The notes: generated from the sequence alone by a model not told the origin. Counted from the first letter of the stretch, positions 38,754 through 48,084 are shown. The stretch is 64,000 nucleotides of DNA from Fibrobacteria bacterium (GCA_043745805.1 JAYTSD010000043.1:105089-169088), one strand, 5' to 3'. Numbers and translations are program-made.

Positions 38754-41682
38754 GGCATTGGGTTTAAAAAAAATGACAATGGGAGAAACCCATTCAAAGT
38801 CATTAATGCAGAAGTCGAAAAATGAATTTTATAATGACGAAATAAAATCCTCATTTGATAGCTTACCATTTTGGGGTCCGGATACGAAAATCAATCGCAA
38901 AGCCTCTTGCCCTTGTGGCGGCGGTTGTTCGACTTGTCAATCCTCCTTCAACGATTTAAAAATATCTCAACCCAATGATGCCGCAGAAATTGAAGCGGAT
39001 CAAATAGCGGATAAGGTGATGCGCATGTCCGCCGATGTTCCGGTGAAAGTAAATACTAATATTTCAGTAACTGATAAGTTACATGCGAAATGTGACAGTT
39101 GCGAGGAAGAGAAAGAAACCGAAACTGTTTTTAGAAAGGAAAGTTTTGCTGCCGCAATGGAACCTCCTCCCGAGGAGATAAGCTCCACAGTAAAAAGAAC
39201 TCTAAATTACGGTGGAAAATCACTAGACGAAAATAGTAGAGCATTCTTTGAACCTCGTTTTGGGATAGATTTTAGTCATATCCAAATTCACAATGATTCC
39301 CACGCTGCCGATTCTGCGCGTTCGATCAATGCTCGTGCTTACACGTTTAGCAATAATATTGTTTTCGGAAAAGGTGAATACCAACCTGAAAATGAAGCTG
39401 GAAAGGCATTGCTCGCCCATGAATTAGCCCATGTTGCTCAACAAAAAAATGGAAGTATTTCACCAAAAATACATCGGCTAGTAGGTGATGAGGAATCCGA
39501 GGTTACCTCTGCAAGCACGGAATCTACCCATGAAGCTGATGTTGCAACGGAGGAAAGTTATACAGACCGGCTTGTTAGGGAAGCCATCGAAAATGTATCC
39601 GTTCACATGGCACGTACCATGCGAGCTACTAGTCAGGTACCCATTCCAGAAACCATCATGGCCGCCCTTATTGCGGCTGAGGTGAGTTTTTTGTATCGGA
39701 GTTATGAGCGATTAGTTGAACGGGGCGAAGGCCTACAAATACTTAGTCGAATTACGGAGTTATTGAGCCCACTCGTTTTTGCCGAATTCTGCGCGCGATT
39801 TATTTGGGGAGTGATTCAGGGTTTGGTCAGTCCCATTACCGGTTTAGTGCATTTGGCTGCAGGGGCTATTCGACTAACTTTGTCCGCACTTGATTGGCTA
39901 GATACTCTGCCCTCGCGATTTCCCGCCTTGGTTGAAGAAGCTCAGGCGCTTAATGTTGCCATGACAGTATTTGGTACCCAAGCTTCCACCATATTGGAGT
40001 CCCTTACAAATCGAAGCAATTTGTTAACCTTCGCCGGTGGAATTTTCGAAGCCGCAACTTCCGCATCGGATGCAATAGAACATACAATAGTACGAGGAGC
40101 TCAAGCACAGGGGCGTTCAGCGGCAGATTCTTTGGCTACCCATTTTCTCGAAACTCCGCTTCCAGAACTGGCAGAAACTTCGGGAGAAATTATTGGCACA
40201 GTCATAATTGAATTAGTAATTCTGATATTTACTGACGGAGTAGGAAATCTCATTACTAAACTTGGAGAGTTTGCTCGTTCGCTAAGACCATTATCTCGTG
40301 GGGTTGTAGCTTTTACTGAAGTTGCAATTCGCGCAGGCCGTATTATTTCACAAATCGAGCATTTGATTGGAGTGCTGCTTAGCAGAACGGTTTTACGTCC
40401 ATTAATGCCTTTATTTGAGGCTTTAGAACCGTTACTTATAAGGATGAGAAGTTTTACTCAAAGCTTGATTGGTGCGGGAGAAGAAAGTGCCATAGTACTC
40501 GCACGTAGAAGTGCAAGGGCTATTGAAGAAACTGCTGCCGCTACCACGCGTACCTCTGAAAGAGCAGGATCACATCATACCACTATGCGAACATCGCCAC
40601 CTCGGAATCCTGCAACATCGGCTCCGCGAGTTACGGAGCCAATTCCAGAAGCAGCTGTAGTTGAACCCATTTCCGAACCATTAATGATGGAGCCACGAGT
40701 TACGGAAACGCCTAGGGAACCTGTCGTTACGGACTCGGAACCAAGACCTTTGTCCTCTGAACCCGAAGCGACAAATCCTACGACGGAAACTATTGAACCC
40801 CGTGCACCTGAAGCTGGGCTTAATCCCCAAGAGTTAGCTGAAGTTGGACCGGTCAATGATGAAACCCTAATTAATTTTCAAGAGCATCCCGATCGATTAC
40901 AAGCATGGGCAGAAAATCCGGAAGCTGCTGAGGCATTTAGATTTTGTAATTCTCCTTGCTTTCCCGAAAACATGACACCAGATCAAATTCGCAGAGCCGA
41001 AGCAATCATGCGGGATTTTCCAGAATTCGCACGAGCCAATCGCAGATCCCTTCATGAAGCCTTTGAAGCTGCCGATGAAGATGGCATAGAAGTTTTGCTT
41101 GAGGGACTTGATACTCGATTAAGGAGTCCGATAGAGGATGTTGTTGATCCTATGATGGATCCGGCGGATCGAGAGCTTTTATCAGGAACAAGTGAAGCCG
41201 ACGCACCGACTGGATTAAGGGAATCTGAAGAAATGGCGGCAGATCGTGTTGAAGCCGGTTTGACTCCACGAGAGGCTTGGGAGCCACCAAGTGGTGTAAG
41301 ACCTAGACCATCCGAGACATCAACCATTTCAGAACGGACTGAATGGATGCGTGAACGATTACAAATGCATGTTGACGAGGCCATTGAACACTATCGAGTA
41401 GGTGGAGGTTTAACTTCAGCGCAAGAGGCGGCTTTGTTGAAAAATCCTCACATGTTACCTGCGTTTCGCGGTAGTCGTGTAGATCAGTTTGCCAAGGATA
41501 CCATCATGCAAGATATTGATCTTGCCGATATTGTTACGGCCCCTGATTTTTTTGCTGAACCTGATATCCTAAGTTCTATTTTACCAGAATGGTTTGATAT
41601 CACGACTCGAGCCGCTTGGGTGGCGCATATTCAAAGATATCAATCTCGTTATGGTTTGGGTGTTCTTTTGCCAACGAATTGA
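38746..41682 (+). CDS. eCIS effector 3: DUF4157 + hydrophobic helical region + unassigned nuclease-like C-terminal domain (start 38746 rather than 38629)
   Basis: AAGGAGG RBS before ATG 38746, overlapping the previous stop; LLAHELAHV; C-terminal RGSRVD...PDI...WFDITT...H..RY. Confidence 0.8.
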   Translation: MAEALGLKKMTMGETHSKSLMQKSKNEFYNDEIKSSFDSLPFWGPDTKINRKASCPCGGGCSTCQSSFNDLKISQPNDAAEIEADQIADKVMRMSADVPVKVNTNISVTDKLHAKCDSCEEEKETETVFRKESFAAAMEPPPEEISSTVKRTLNYGGKSLDENSRAFFEPRFGIDFSHIQIHNDSHAADSARSINARAYTFSNNIVFGKGEYQPENEAGKALLAHELAHVAQQKNGSISPKIHRLVGDEESEVTSASTESTHEADVATEESYTDRLVREAIENVSVHMARTMRATSQVPIPETIMAALIAAEVSFLYRSYERLVERGEGLQILSRITELLSPLVFAEFCARFIWGVIQGLVSPITGLVHLAAGAIRLTLSALDWLDTLPSRFPALVEEAQALNVAMTVFGTQASTILESLTNRSNLLTFAGGIFEAATSASDAIEHTIVRGAQAQGRSAADSLATHFLETPLPELAETSGEIIGTVIIELVILIFTDGVGNLITKLGEFARSLRPLSRGVVAFTEVAIRAGRIISQIEHLIGVLLSRTVLRPLMPLFEALEPLLIRMRSFTQSLIGAGEESAIVLARRSARAIEETAAATTRTSERAGSHHTTMRTSPPRNPATSAPRVTEPIPEAAVVEPISEPLMMEPRVTETPREPVVTDSEPRPLSSEPEATNPTTETIEPRAPEAGLNPQELAEVGPVNDETLINFQEHPDRLQAWAENPEAAEAFRFCNSPCFPENMTPDQIRRAEAIMRDFPEFARANRRSLHEAFEAADEDGIEVLLEGLDTRLRSPIEDVVDPMMDPADRELLSGTSEADAPTGLRESEEMAADRVEAGLTPREAWEPPSGVRPRPSETSTISERTEWMRERLQMHVDEAIEHYRVGGGLTSAQEAALLKNPHMLPAFRGSRVDQFAKDTIMQDIDLADIVTAPDFFAEPDILSSILPEWFDITTRAAWVAHIQRYQSRYGLGVLLPTN
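38896..39152 (+). repeat. Copy 3 of effector N-terminal repeat
   Basis: Matches 36711-36967 and partly 33318-33452. Confidence 0.9.
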
Positions 41683-41737
41683 AATATTCTCTTTGAGAAT
41701 GCACCATATTTAAGGCATTATTATCGTAATACCTAAT

Positions 41738-41827
41738 TTACTTCTTCGATTTCTTCCGCGTGAAAACCATCATACCCACCAACAAACCGGTAAGCACCAA
41801 AAAAGCAAAGGGAATCATTTTAGCCAT
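41738..41827 (-). CDS. 29-aa single-pass membrane peptide MAKMIPFAFLVLTGLLVGMMVFTRKKSKK
   Basis: AAGGA RBS overlapping the ABC ATPase stop, ATG 6 nt later; hydrophobic helix plus basic tail; below the ORF-track cutoff. Confidence 0.55.
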   Translation of the reverse strand: MAKMIPFAFLVLTGLLVGMMVFTRKKSKK

Positions 41828-41836
41828 CTCGCGTCC

Positions 41837-42937
41837 TTAAATTCTTTTCTCAGTTTGCGCTTCAAAAAAATGCAATGCTTCATTTGGAAATGTTAACACC
41901 AAGGTTTCCCCTAATTTATATTGCCTATTACTTTCCGCGCGTACCGTCACGGATTGATTTTGAACATCCATCACTAAAAAGGACTGGGCGCCCATATGTT
42001 CGATTAATTTCACTTGACCACTTATTCCATAAGGTCCAACTGGCTCACTCACCGCTTGGCTGTGGATATTTTCTGGACGTATGCCTACGGTTACCTTTCC
42101 AGATATAGCTTTTATTTTGTTGAAAAGTGTGGCTTCAAGTCCATCAAGAGGGATTTTAATTCCCGCGCCGAAAAAATAAATTTGCGCTTCCGCTTTAATT
42201 TCACCCATAAAAAAATTCATACTAGGCATGCCAATAAAATCAGCGACAAACTTATTGGCGGGCTGATGATATAAAGTTTGTGGATCAGCGACTTGTTGAA
42301 TTAGGCCATCGCGCAATACCACAATTCTATCACCCAAGGTCATTGCTTCCACTTGATCATGAGTCACAAATAACATAGTGGTGCCTAAAGATTTTTGTAA
42401 TTGCCCAATTTCTACCCGCATTTGGGAACGCATTTTAGCATCGAGATTAGATAAAGGTTCGTCAAGTAAAAAAGCTTTGGGCTTGCGCAGAATGGCTCGT
42501 CCCAAGGCTGCACGTTGTCTTTGGCCGCCAGAAAGGGCATGAGGGTAACGTTCCAGTAACTCGGTTAATCCCAAAGTTTTAGCCATGCCCACTACGCGTT
42601 CGCGAATGGTAGGAGGGTTTTCTTTGCGGAGCTTAAGCCCAAAGGCCATATTTTCATAAACCGTCAAATGCGGAAATAAAGTATAGCTTTGAAACATCAA
42701 AGCGAGGTCACGATCTTTCGGCGGTAAATTATTCAAAAGACGTCCCTCGAGATTTATCTCTCCCGAAGTTAAGGCTTCTAAGCCTGCTACTATGCGCAAG
42801 AGCGTCGATTTACCGCAGCCGGAAGGACCGACAATGGCAATCAATTCTCCATCGGCAATATTTAAATCAAAATTTTGTAAGGCTTTTACACCGTTTGGAA
42901 AAGTCTTACAAATATTCTTCAAAGAAAGCTTAGCCAT
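41837..42937 (-). CDS. Carbohydrate ABC transporter ATPase (MalK/MsmK/UgpC family)
   Basis: GPSGCGKST, LSGGQRQR, LLDEPLSNLDA, VTHDQVEAM, C-terminal TOBE region. Confidence 0.95.
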   Translation of the reverse strand: MAKLSLKNICKTFPNGVKALQNFDLNIADGELIAIVGPSGCGKSTLLRIVAGLEALTSGEINLEGRLLNNLPPKDRDLALMFQSYTLFPHLTVYENMAFGLKLRKENPPTIRERVVGMAKTLGLTELLERYPHALSGGQRQRAALGRAILRKPKAFLLDEPLSNLDAKMRSQMRVEIGQLQKSLGTTMLFVTHDQVEAMTLGDRIVVLRDGLIQQVADPQTLYHQPANKFVADFIGMPSMNFFMGEIKAEAQIYFFGAGIKIPLDGLEATLFNKIKAISGKVTVGIRPENIHSQAVSEPVGPYGISGQVKLIEHMGAQSFLVMDVQNQSVTVRAESNRQYKLGETLVLTFPNEALHFFEAQTEKRI

Positions 42938-42945
42938 GATTTCTC

Positions 42946-43782
42946 TTAGAGTCCCGTCAATTCGGACAAGGAGGTTTTAAACTGTTTAAACAAAAATAAA
43001 AATAACAATGTGGTGGGAATTAATGTGAGACTGGAGCCGACCATTAGTAAGGCATAGGGCATATGCATACTTCCACCGTATAAGCTATTTAAGGCGACGG
43101 ACACCGTCATATTTTCTTTGGTGGTAATCATTACCAGCGGTATTAAATGTTCTTGCCAAGCGAGTACAAAATGAATGAGGCCATAAGCAAAGAGCGCAGG
43201 TTTAAGCATCGGTAAACACATAAAAAAAATCTGATACTCCGAAGCGCCTTCGCTACGTGCTAAATCAATTAAAGGCTTGGGCAAGCGCTTACTTACTTGG
43301 GTGAAGTAAATAATTCCAATTCCCGAAACCATTCCTGGCAAAATGACTGCGGCACTTTTATCCAATAAATGCAAACTATTCATCCATAAAAACAAAGGTA
43401 AAACCATGACTTGGCGAGGGATTAAAACGACTAATACGGCAAGAGCGTAAATAATTTTCGCGCCTTTAAAATTAAAGCGCCCCAGTACGTAACTTGCGGG
43501 TACCGTAATGAGCAAGGCACCCAAGGTTTCGGCAAAGGCAATCCATAAGGAATTCAAAAATTGCAGCGGATAAGGAATCCATTTTCCATTTAACAATTCA
43601 TGATAATAAGCTAAAGAAAAAGTTTTGGGCCAAAGAGGGAAAGGGGTGAATATATCGGGATCGTCTTTAAAGGTGGCAAAAAACATCCATAAAAAAGGAT
43701 AGGCAAATAGTAGGCAAAGTAAAAGCAAGGTTAGTGTACATAACCATGCTGTTTTAGAATGGAAGAATGGTTTATTAAACAT
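42946..43782 (-). CDS. Carbohydrate ABC transporter permease (MalG-like)
   Basis: PFLWMFFATFK, FLNSL, EAA-like loop DLARSEGAS. Confidence 0.9.
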   Translation of the reverse strand: MFNKPFFHSKTAWLCTLTLLLLCLLFAYPFLWMFFATFKDDPDIFTPFPLWPKTFSLAYYHELLNGKWIPYPLQFLNSLWIAFAETLGALLITVPASYVLGRFNFKGAKIIYALAVLVVLIPRQVMVLPLFLWMNSLHLLDKSAAVILPGMVSGIGIIYFTQVSKRLPKPLIDLARSEGASEYQIFFMCLPMLKPALFAYGLIHFVLAWQEHLIPLVMITTKENMTVSVALNSLYGGSMHMPYALLMVGSSLTLIPTTLLFLFLFKQFKTSLSELTGL

Positions 43783-44710
43783 TTACTTCCAGTTGTTGGT
43801 TTTTCCGATTAAAGGAAGGTCTTAATAAAATCAACCAAATTAAAAAAAGTAGGGGCGGCACTATAGAAAAGCTAATGGCTGCCGCTTGCGAAAATTTTCC
43901 ATATGTAAAGGCGCTTTGATAAGTATAACCAACCAGTAGTAAACCTGCATCTAAGGTTCCACCGGATCCACCAAGTAATACATAAGCGCCTTCGAATAAA
44001 ACAAAAGCATCGAGACATAAAAATATGCCCACAAAAATTAAAATGGGTTTAAGCATCGGTAAGGTGATATTTCGTAATTGCCACCAAAAACTTGCGCCTT
44101 CGGCATAGGCGACTTCATAATAGGTTTTGGGAATGCCTTCCATACCGGAAAGGAAAAATAAGGTGATAAATCCCGACCAGCGCCAAAGCGTTTGTAATAC
44201 AATGGAAAACTTTATGAAATTAGGATCGCGAATCCAATCAATTGCGGGTAAGCCAAAAGGAGTCAAAAATATACTATTGAGTATTCCATGCGGTCCATTA
44301 AAAACTAATAAGTATAAATAGGCTAATACTGAAGGAGGCGTAAGGCCAGGTAACAATAAACAAAAGCTTAAAGGTCCGCGCCATTTGGGTAAACTTTTCT
44401 GTAAAAGATGTGCTAAGGTTAAGGAGAACAGTGAGACTAAAACAATACTCATTCCTGCATAGAGAACAGTATTATAAACGGCATGGAAATAACGGTGATC
44501 GCTTAATAGGTCCCTATAATTTTGCCAACCCGCAAATTCACCCTCTCCCAAAAGATTATCCGTTTGTAAACTCAAATAAAACCCCTGTAACAAGGGTGTT
44601 AACCAAAACAAAGCAAAGCAGAATAGAAAGGGAATCAATAATAAAAGCGGGACTTGCAAGCGTTTGGTTTTTGTCGACTTTTCTGTCGACAAAGTGTTAG
44701 GCAATCCCAA
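43775..44710 (-). CDS. Carbohydrate ABC transporter permease (MalF-like)
   Basis: FAGWQNY, YEVAYAEGAS, ITLPMLKP. Confidence 0.9.
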   Translation of the reverse strand: MGLPNTLSTEKSTKTKRLQVPLLLLIPFLFCFALFWLTPLLQGFYLSLQTDNLLGEGEFAGWQNYRDLLSDHRYFHAVYNTVLYAGMSIVLVSLFSLTLAHLLQKSLPKWRGPLSFCLLLPGLTPPSVLAYLYLLVFNGPHGILNSIFLTPFGLPAIDWIRDPNFIKFSIVLQTLWRWSGFITLFFLSGMEGIPKTYYEVAYAEGASFWWQLRNITLPMLKPILIFVGIFLCLDAFVLFEGAYVLLGGSGGTLDAGLLLVGYTYQSAFTYGKFSQAAAISFSIVPPLLFLIWLILLRPSFNRKNQQLEVNV

Positions 44711-44723
44711 AATGCTTTGTCGC

Positions 44724-46052
44724 TTATTTAGTGGGGGCCGGTTTTTTAGATTTGGTGGATGCAGGTTTTGATGCGGCAGGCTTGGTTAATTCACTCTGAA
44801 TGATTTGCAAGCTTTCTTCAATGTTGGCTCCACCTTTTATGAGTGCTTGCCAATAATTTTCACGTAAGAGATTTACGAATTTCGCACGATAAGGAGACTG
44901 TACAACCATAGGCGATTTTGGAGCTTGCTCAATTAATAAACTGGCTACCGATTGACCACCAAAATATGGCTCAGGACGACTTAAGCGCATATCGAGCCAA
45001 GCTGGTTTATAAGGGGTTAAGCAATTGCCTTGTAAATATCTTTGCACATTTGCTTCGGTATTGCTCATGGTCCAACTCATGAATTTCCAAGCGCGTTCTT
45101 GTTGTTTGCTTTTTTGCATAATGACAAAACCCTGTCCCGAAAAATTCGAAGTGGTATTTTTGCCTTTCGATTTAGTATCGGTCCAAACGGGAAGTGGCAT
45201 GGCGCGCCATTTACCTGCGAGTTTGGGTGAAAAGCCCTGTAACATATCTAGTCCATACCAGTCTGCACCGATAATACTTACTACTCCATTATTAGCGACA
45301 TAGCTATTAAAAAATTCGGGTTCAAAAATTGATCCGCGATCGGGAACCATACCTACGCTATCATTTTTTAAGGAAACCAGAAATTTCATGGTTTCGATGG
45401 AGGCTTCGGAAAGTAATTGCGGATTACCTTTTTCATCAAATATATCGAAACCGCGTTGGCGTAATAAAATTTCGAATAGTGACCAATCTAAAGCTAGCAT
45501 GCTACGTGATTCCGTATGAATTTTTTTACTCACCGCAATAAATTTATCCCAAGTATCAATGCTTGCAGGCGTAATTCCTAAATCTTTAAAAATATCATCG
45601 CGATAGTACAAAACCACATTGGCAATAGATTGAGGTAACCCATAAGTTTTCCCTTTATAACTAAAGAGACCCATACGTTGTGGCATCACCGTTTGATTAA
45701 ATCCTGCGGCTTCAATTTTTTTGGTTAAGTCGGCAAAAGGCATGGCCGATCCATTTAAATAAATGCTGAAATAAATTTCATCGAGTTGCACTAAGTCGGG
45801 CGCATTGATTCCCGTTTTAATGGCGATGGCTAATTTGTCGGGCATTTCCGTAAAGCCATAAGAATGCACTGTGGCTGCAAAATCTTTATCCACCGTTTCT
45901 TGATAGATCTTAATCATATTTCGATAATAGGCATCATCTGTTGCGGAGTTAACCCATATTTCAACGGGATCTAATTTCGCCTGCGCAATGCTTAATGTCA
46001 AAGACAGTAAAGATAAGGAAAGAATTTTTTTAATCATCTGCATTTTCATCAC
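44724..46052 (-). CDS. ABC transporter sugar-binding protein
   Basis: Signal peptide; APDLVQLD, YGLP, LYYRDDIF, TWDKF. Confidence 0.9.
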   Translation of the reverse strand: MMKMQMIKKILSLSLLSLTLSIAQAKLDPVEIWVNSATDDAYYRNMIKIYQETVDKDFAATVHSYGFTEMPDKLAIAIKTGINAPDLVQLDEIYFSIYLNGSAMPFADLTKKIEAAGFNQTVMPQRMGLFSYKGKTYGLPQSIANVVLYYRDDIFKDLGITPASIDTWDKFIAVSKKIHTESRSMLALDWSLFEILLRQRGFDIFDEKGNPQLLSEASIETMKFLVSLKNDSVGMVPDRGSIFEPEFFNSYVANNGVVSIIGADWYGLDMLQGFSPKLAGKWRAMPLPVWTDTKSKGKNTTSNFSGQGFVIMQKSKQQERAWKFMSWTMSNTEANVQRYLQGNCLTPYKPAWLDMRLSRPEPYFGGQSVASLLIEQAPKSPMVVQSPYRAKFVNLLRENYWQALIKGGANIEESLQIIQSELTKPAASKPASTKSKKPAPTK

Positions 46053-46095
46053 TCGCTTTTAGGAAAAGTCCTTCAAAAATATTGGGTATAATATA

Positions 46096-46839
46096 CTACT
46101 TCTTGTCTTCAAAATGATTTAGTCCCAGCAAATAACCTCCTGCCACATCGACATTTATTCCTGTGATATAGCGTGCTTTTTCACTAATTAAAAAAGCAAC
46201 CGTGCTAGCAATATCTTCACATTCTCCTAAATACCCTAAAGGCACAACCGTCTTGGGATTGCTGGGGAACTCCACCGAGTTTGCCAATATGCCCGGCGAA
46301 ACCATATTTATGCGAATGCCTTTAGGGCCAAGGGCTTCAGCATAAGATTTGGTCAAAATCAATAAACCACTTTTGGAAATAAGATAGGCGGTATTATGTA
46401 TGGAAGAGGTTAAATTTTCAATACCCGCATAGCCGATATTAATAATATTACCTCCGGAAGGAGGGAAAAGCGCAAGGCTTAATTGAATAGTATAAAAGCA
46501 GCCGAATAAATTTGTTTGTAAAGTATTTTCAAAATCCTCAATCGCATAGTCGATTAATGATCCCGTTTTATATATTCCCACATTATTAATCAATAGGTCG
46601 AGTTGACCAGAATGTTCTTTGATGGTAGTTAACATAGAGGTTACTTGTTGGCGAGAAGCAATATCCGCACTAACAATTTTACCTACACCTCCACGACGAC
46701 GAATTTCTGCTAAAGTGGCTTCGGCTTCGAGGCGCGATTCTTTATAATGTACCCACACGAAATATCCCGCGCGACCTAGGCTAATGGCTAGTTCGCGACC
46801 TAAACGTTTTGCGGCACCCGTGACTAAAGCAATTTTCAT
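46096..46839 (-). CDS. SDR oxidoreductase, pteridine reductase/FolM-like
   Basis: TGAAKRLG (Arg variant typical of pteridine reductases), YLISK (YxxxK); coupled to folB. Confidence 0.8.
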   Translation of the reverse strand: MKIALVTGAAKRLGRELAISLGRAGYFVWVHYKESRLEAEATLAEIRRRGGVGKIVSADIASRQQVTSMLTTIKEHSGQLDLLINNVGIYKTGSLIDYAIEDFENTLQTNLFGCFYTIQLSLALFPPSGGNIINIGYAGIENLTSSIHNTAYLISKSGLLILTKSYAEALGPKGIRINMVSPGILANSVEFPSNPKTVVPLGYLGECEDIASTVAFLISEKARYITGINVDVAGGYLLGLNHFEDKK

Positions 46840-47207
46840 GAGACGGCCCTTTCCACAATAACGGCTGCAAAACTGGCTTTGGCCAAGGCACCGGGTTTTT
46901 TAATTTCAATACGACATTTTTTAACGGCAGGCCAACGTTGTAAAATTTGTGTAGTAGCATGTTCCGCCAAGGTTTCAATGAGCATGAATTTTTCGGTTTG
47001 AATCCATTCTTCCAGCCATGCTGCTAACTCAGTATAATCTAAAGTATGTTCCAAGTTATCCGTAGCGGCCGCTTGCGTAAAATCTAAATGCAAATCTAAA
47101 TCCACAAAAATATCTTGTTGTACCTTACGTTCATGTGGATATAAACCCACAATGCAGTTAATTTTTAAATCGCGAATGGCTATAATCCCCATATTCTTAT
47201 CCTTCAT
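46836..47207 (-). CDS. folB: Dihydroneopterin aldolase
   Basis: IVGLYPHER..QDI, TLDY, FMLIETLAE, KPGAL. Confidence 0.92.
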   Translation of the reverse strand: MKDKNMGIIAIRDLKINCIVGLYPHERKVQQDIFVDLDLHLDFTQAAATDNLEHTLDYTELAAWLEEWIQTEKFMLIETLAEHATTQILQRWPAVKKCRIEIKKPGALAKASFAAVIVERAVS

Positions 47208-48084
47208 TTATTAACTCTAAAACTTTACGGATCAAAACGGCCGTAGGCTCATTCACACGCTGTTGTAAAGCCTCTTGCAGGGGTACCCACCTATAGGCAT
47301 CACTCTCATAATTTAATTGCACCGTAGTTTCTTGGGTAACATCTATTTCCGCCCAATAATTCAATAATAAAAAGTGACGCAAGCGATAGAATTCTGGATG
47401 TTCAATGCAATCCTGATTGCAAACAAAGCGTAGATTTTTTAAGGATAATCCGGTTTCTTCTTTGATCTCTCGTCTTAAGGCGGCTTCAGTTGTCTCACCA
47501 TAATGAATTTTTCCACCCGGAATGCCATAAAGATTAGACCATTTTGCTGTGCGCACCAATAAAACTTCTTGTTTTGCATTTTGAATTAAAGCGCCTACGG
47601 TGGCAATAGGCCATAAGCGACTTTCCGAAAAATTAGCGCGATCGAAAAATATTTTTAATTCCCCAAGGCTGGTAAAAACTTCATCGGGTTTTGTGCGCAT
47701 GAGCATTTGATATTCAATATTTTCAACTGAGCCATCCCAAAAAATGGCGGTGGCGATTTTAGCCTGGCTTGCGGCAAGTAAGGCGCTGGGAGAATTGCCG
47801 ATAAAAATGGTTTCGGCAGGCTGCAAATTAAATTCAACTAAGAGGTTCAAAAAATCTTTTTTATCATACTCGAGGGAATGAACGGCTTCAAAAATTTTAA
47901 AATGGGCGTCTAAAATAAGCGTCGACGTTTGTGGCATTTCATTGTCTAACTTAGGTGTTAAGTCAATTGTAGGAGTCGATAGTGAACTAAATTGAAGCGC
48001 CAAAAGACGGTTTTTGAGTTTAAGACTTTGCAGTAATTCGTAGTTTTTGGTAAGGGCACTTGGCCACATTAAGAGAATATTCAT
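47197..48084 (-). CDS. Degenerate HAD-like domain fused to Nudix hydrolase
   Basis: Nudix box GGKIHYGETTEAALRREIKEETGL; HAD-like PAETIFIGNS...PDEVF lacking the catalytic Asp residues. Confidence 0.8.
   Translation of the reverse strand: MNILLMWPSALTKNYELLQSLKLKNRLLALQFSSLSTPTIDLTPKLDNEMPQTSTLILDAHFKIFEAVHSLEYDKKDFLNLLVEFNLQPAETIFIGNSPSALLAASQAKIATAIFWDGSVENIEYQMLMRTKPDEVFTSLGELKIFFDRANFSESRLWPIATVGALIQNAKQEVLLVRTAKWSNLYGIPGGKIHYGETTEAALRREIKEETGLSLKNLRFVCNQDCIEHPEFYRLRHFLLLNYWAEIDVTQETTVQLNYESDAYRWVPLQEALQQRVNEPTAVLIRKVLELINEG

Larger units (their letters stand above)
8065..41682 (+). other. Contractile injection system (eCIS, Afp/PVC-like) gene cluster with three DUF4157 effectors
   Basis: 21 co-oriented, tightly spaced genes covering sheath, tube, cap, ATPase, hub/spike, PAAR, gp25, baseplates, fibre and effectors; no capsid, terminase, integrase or T6SS membrane complex. 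Confidence 0.93.
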
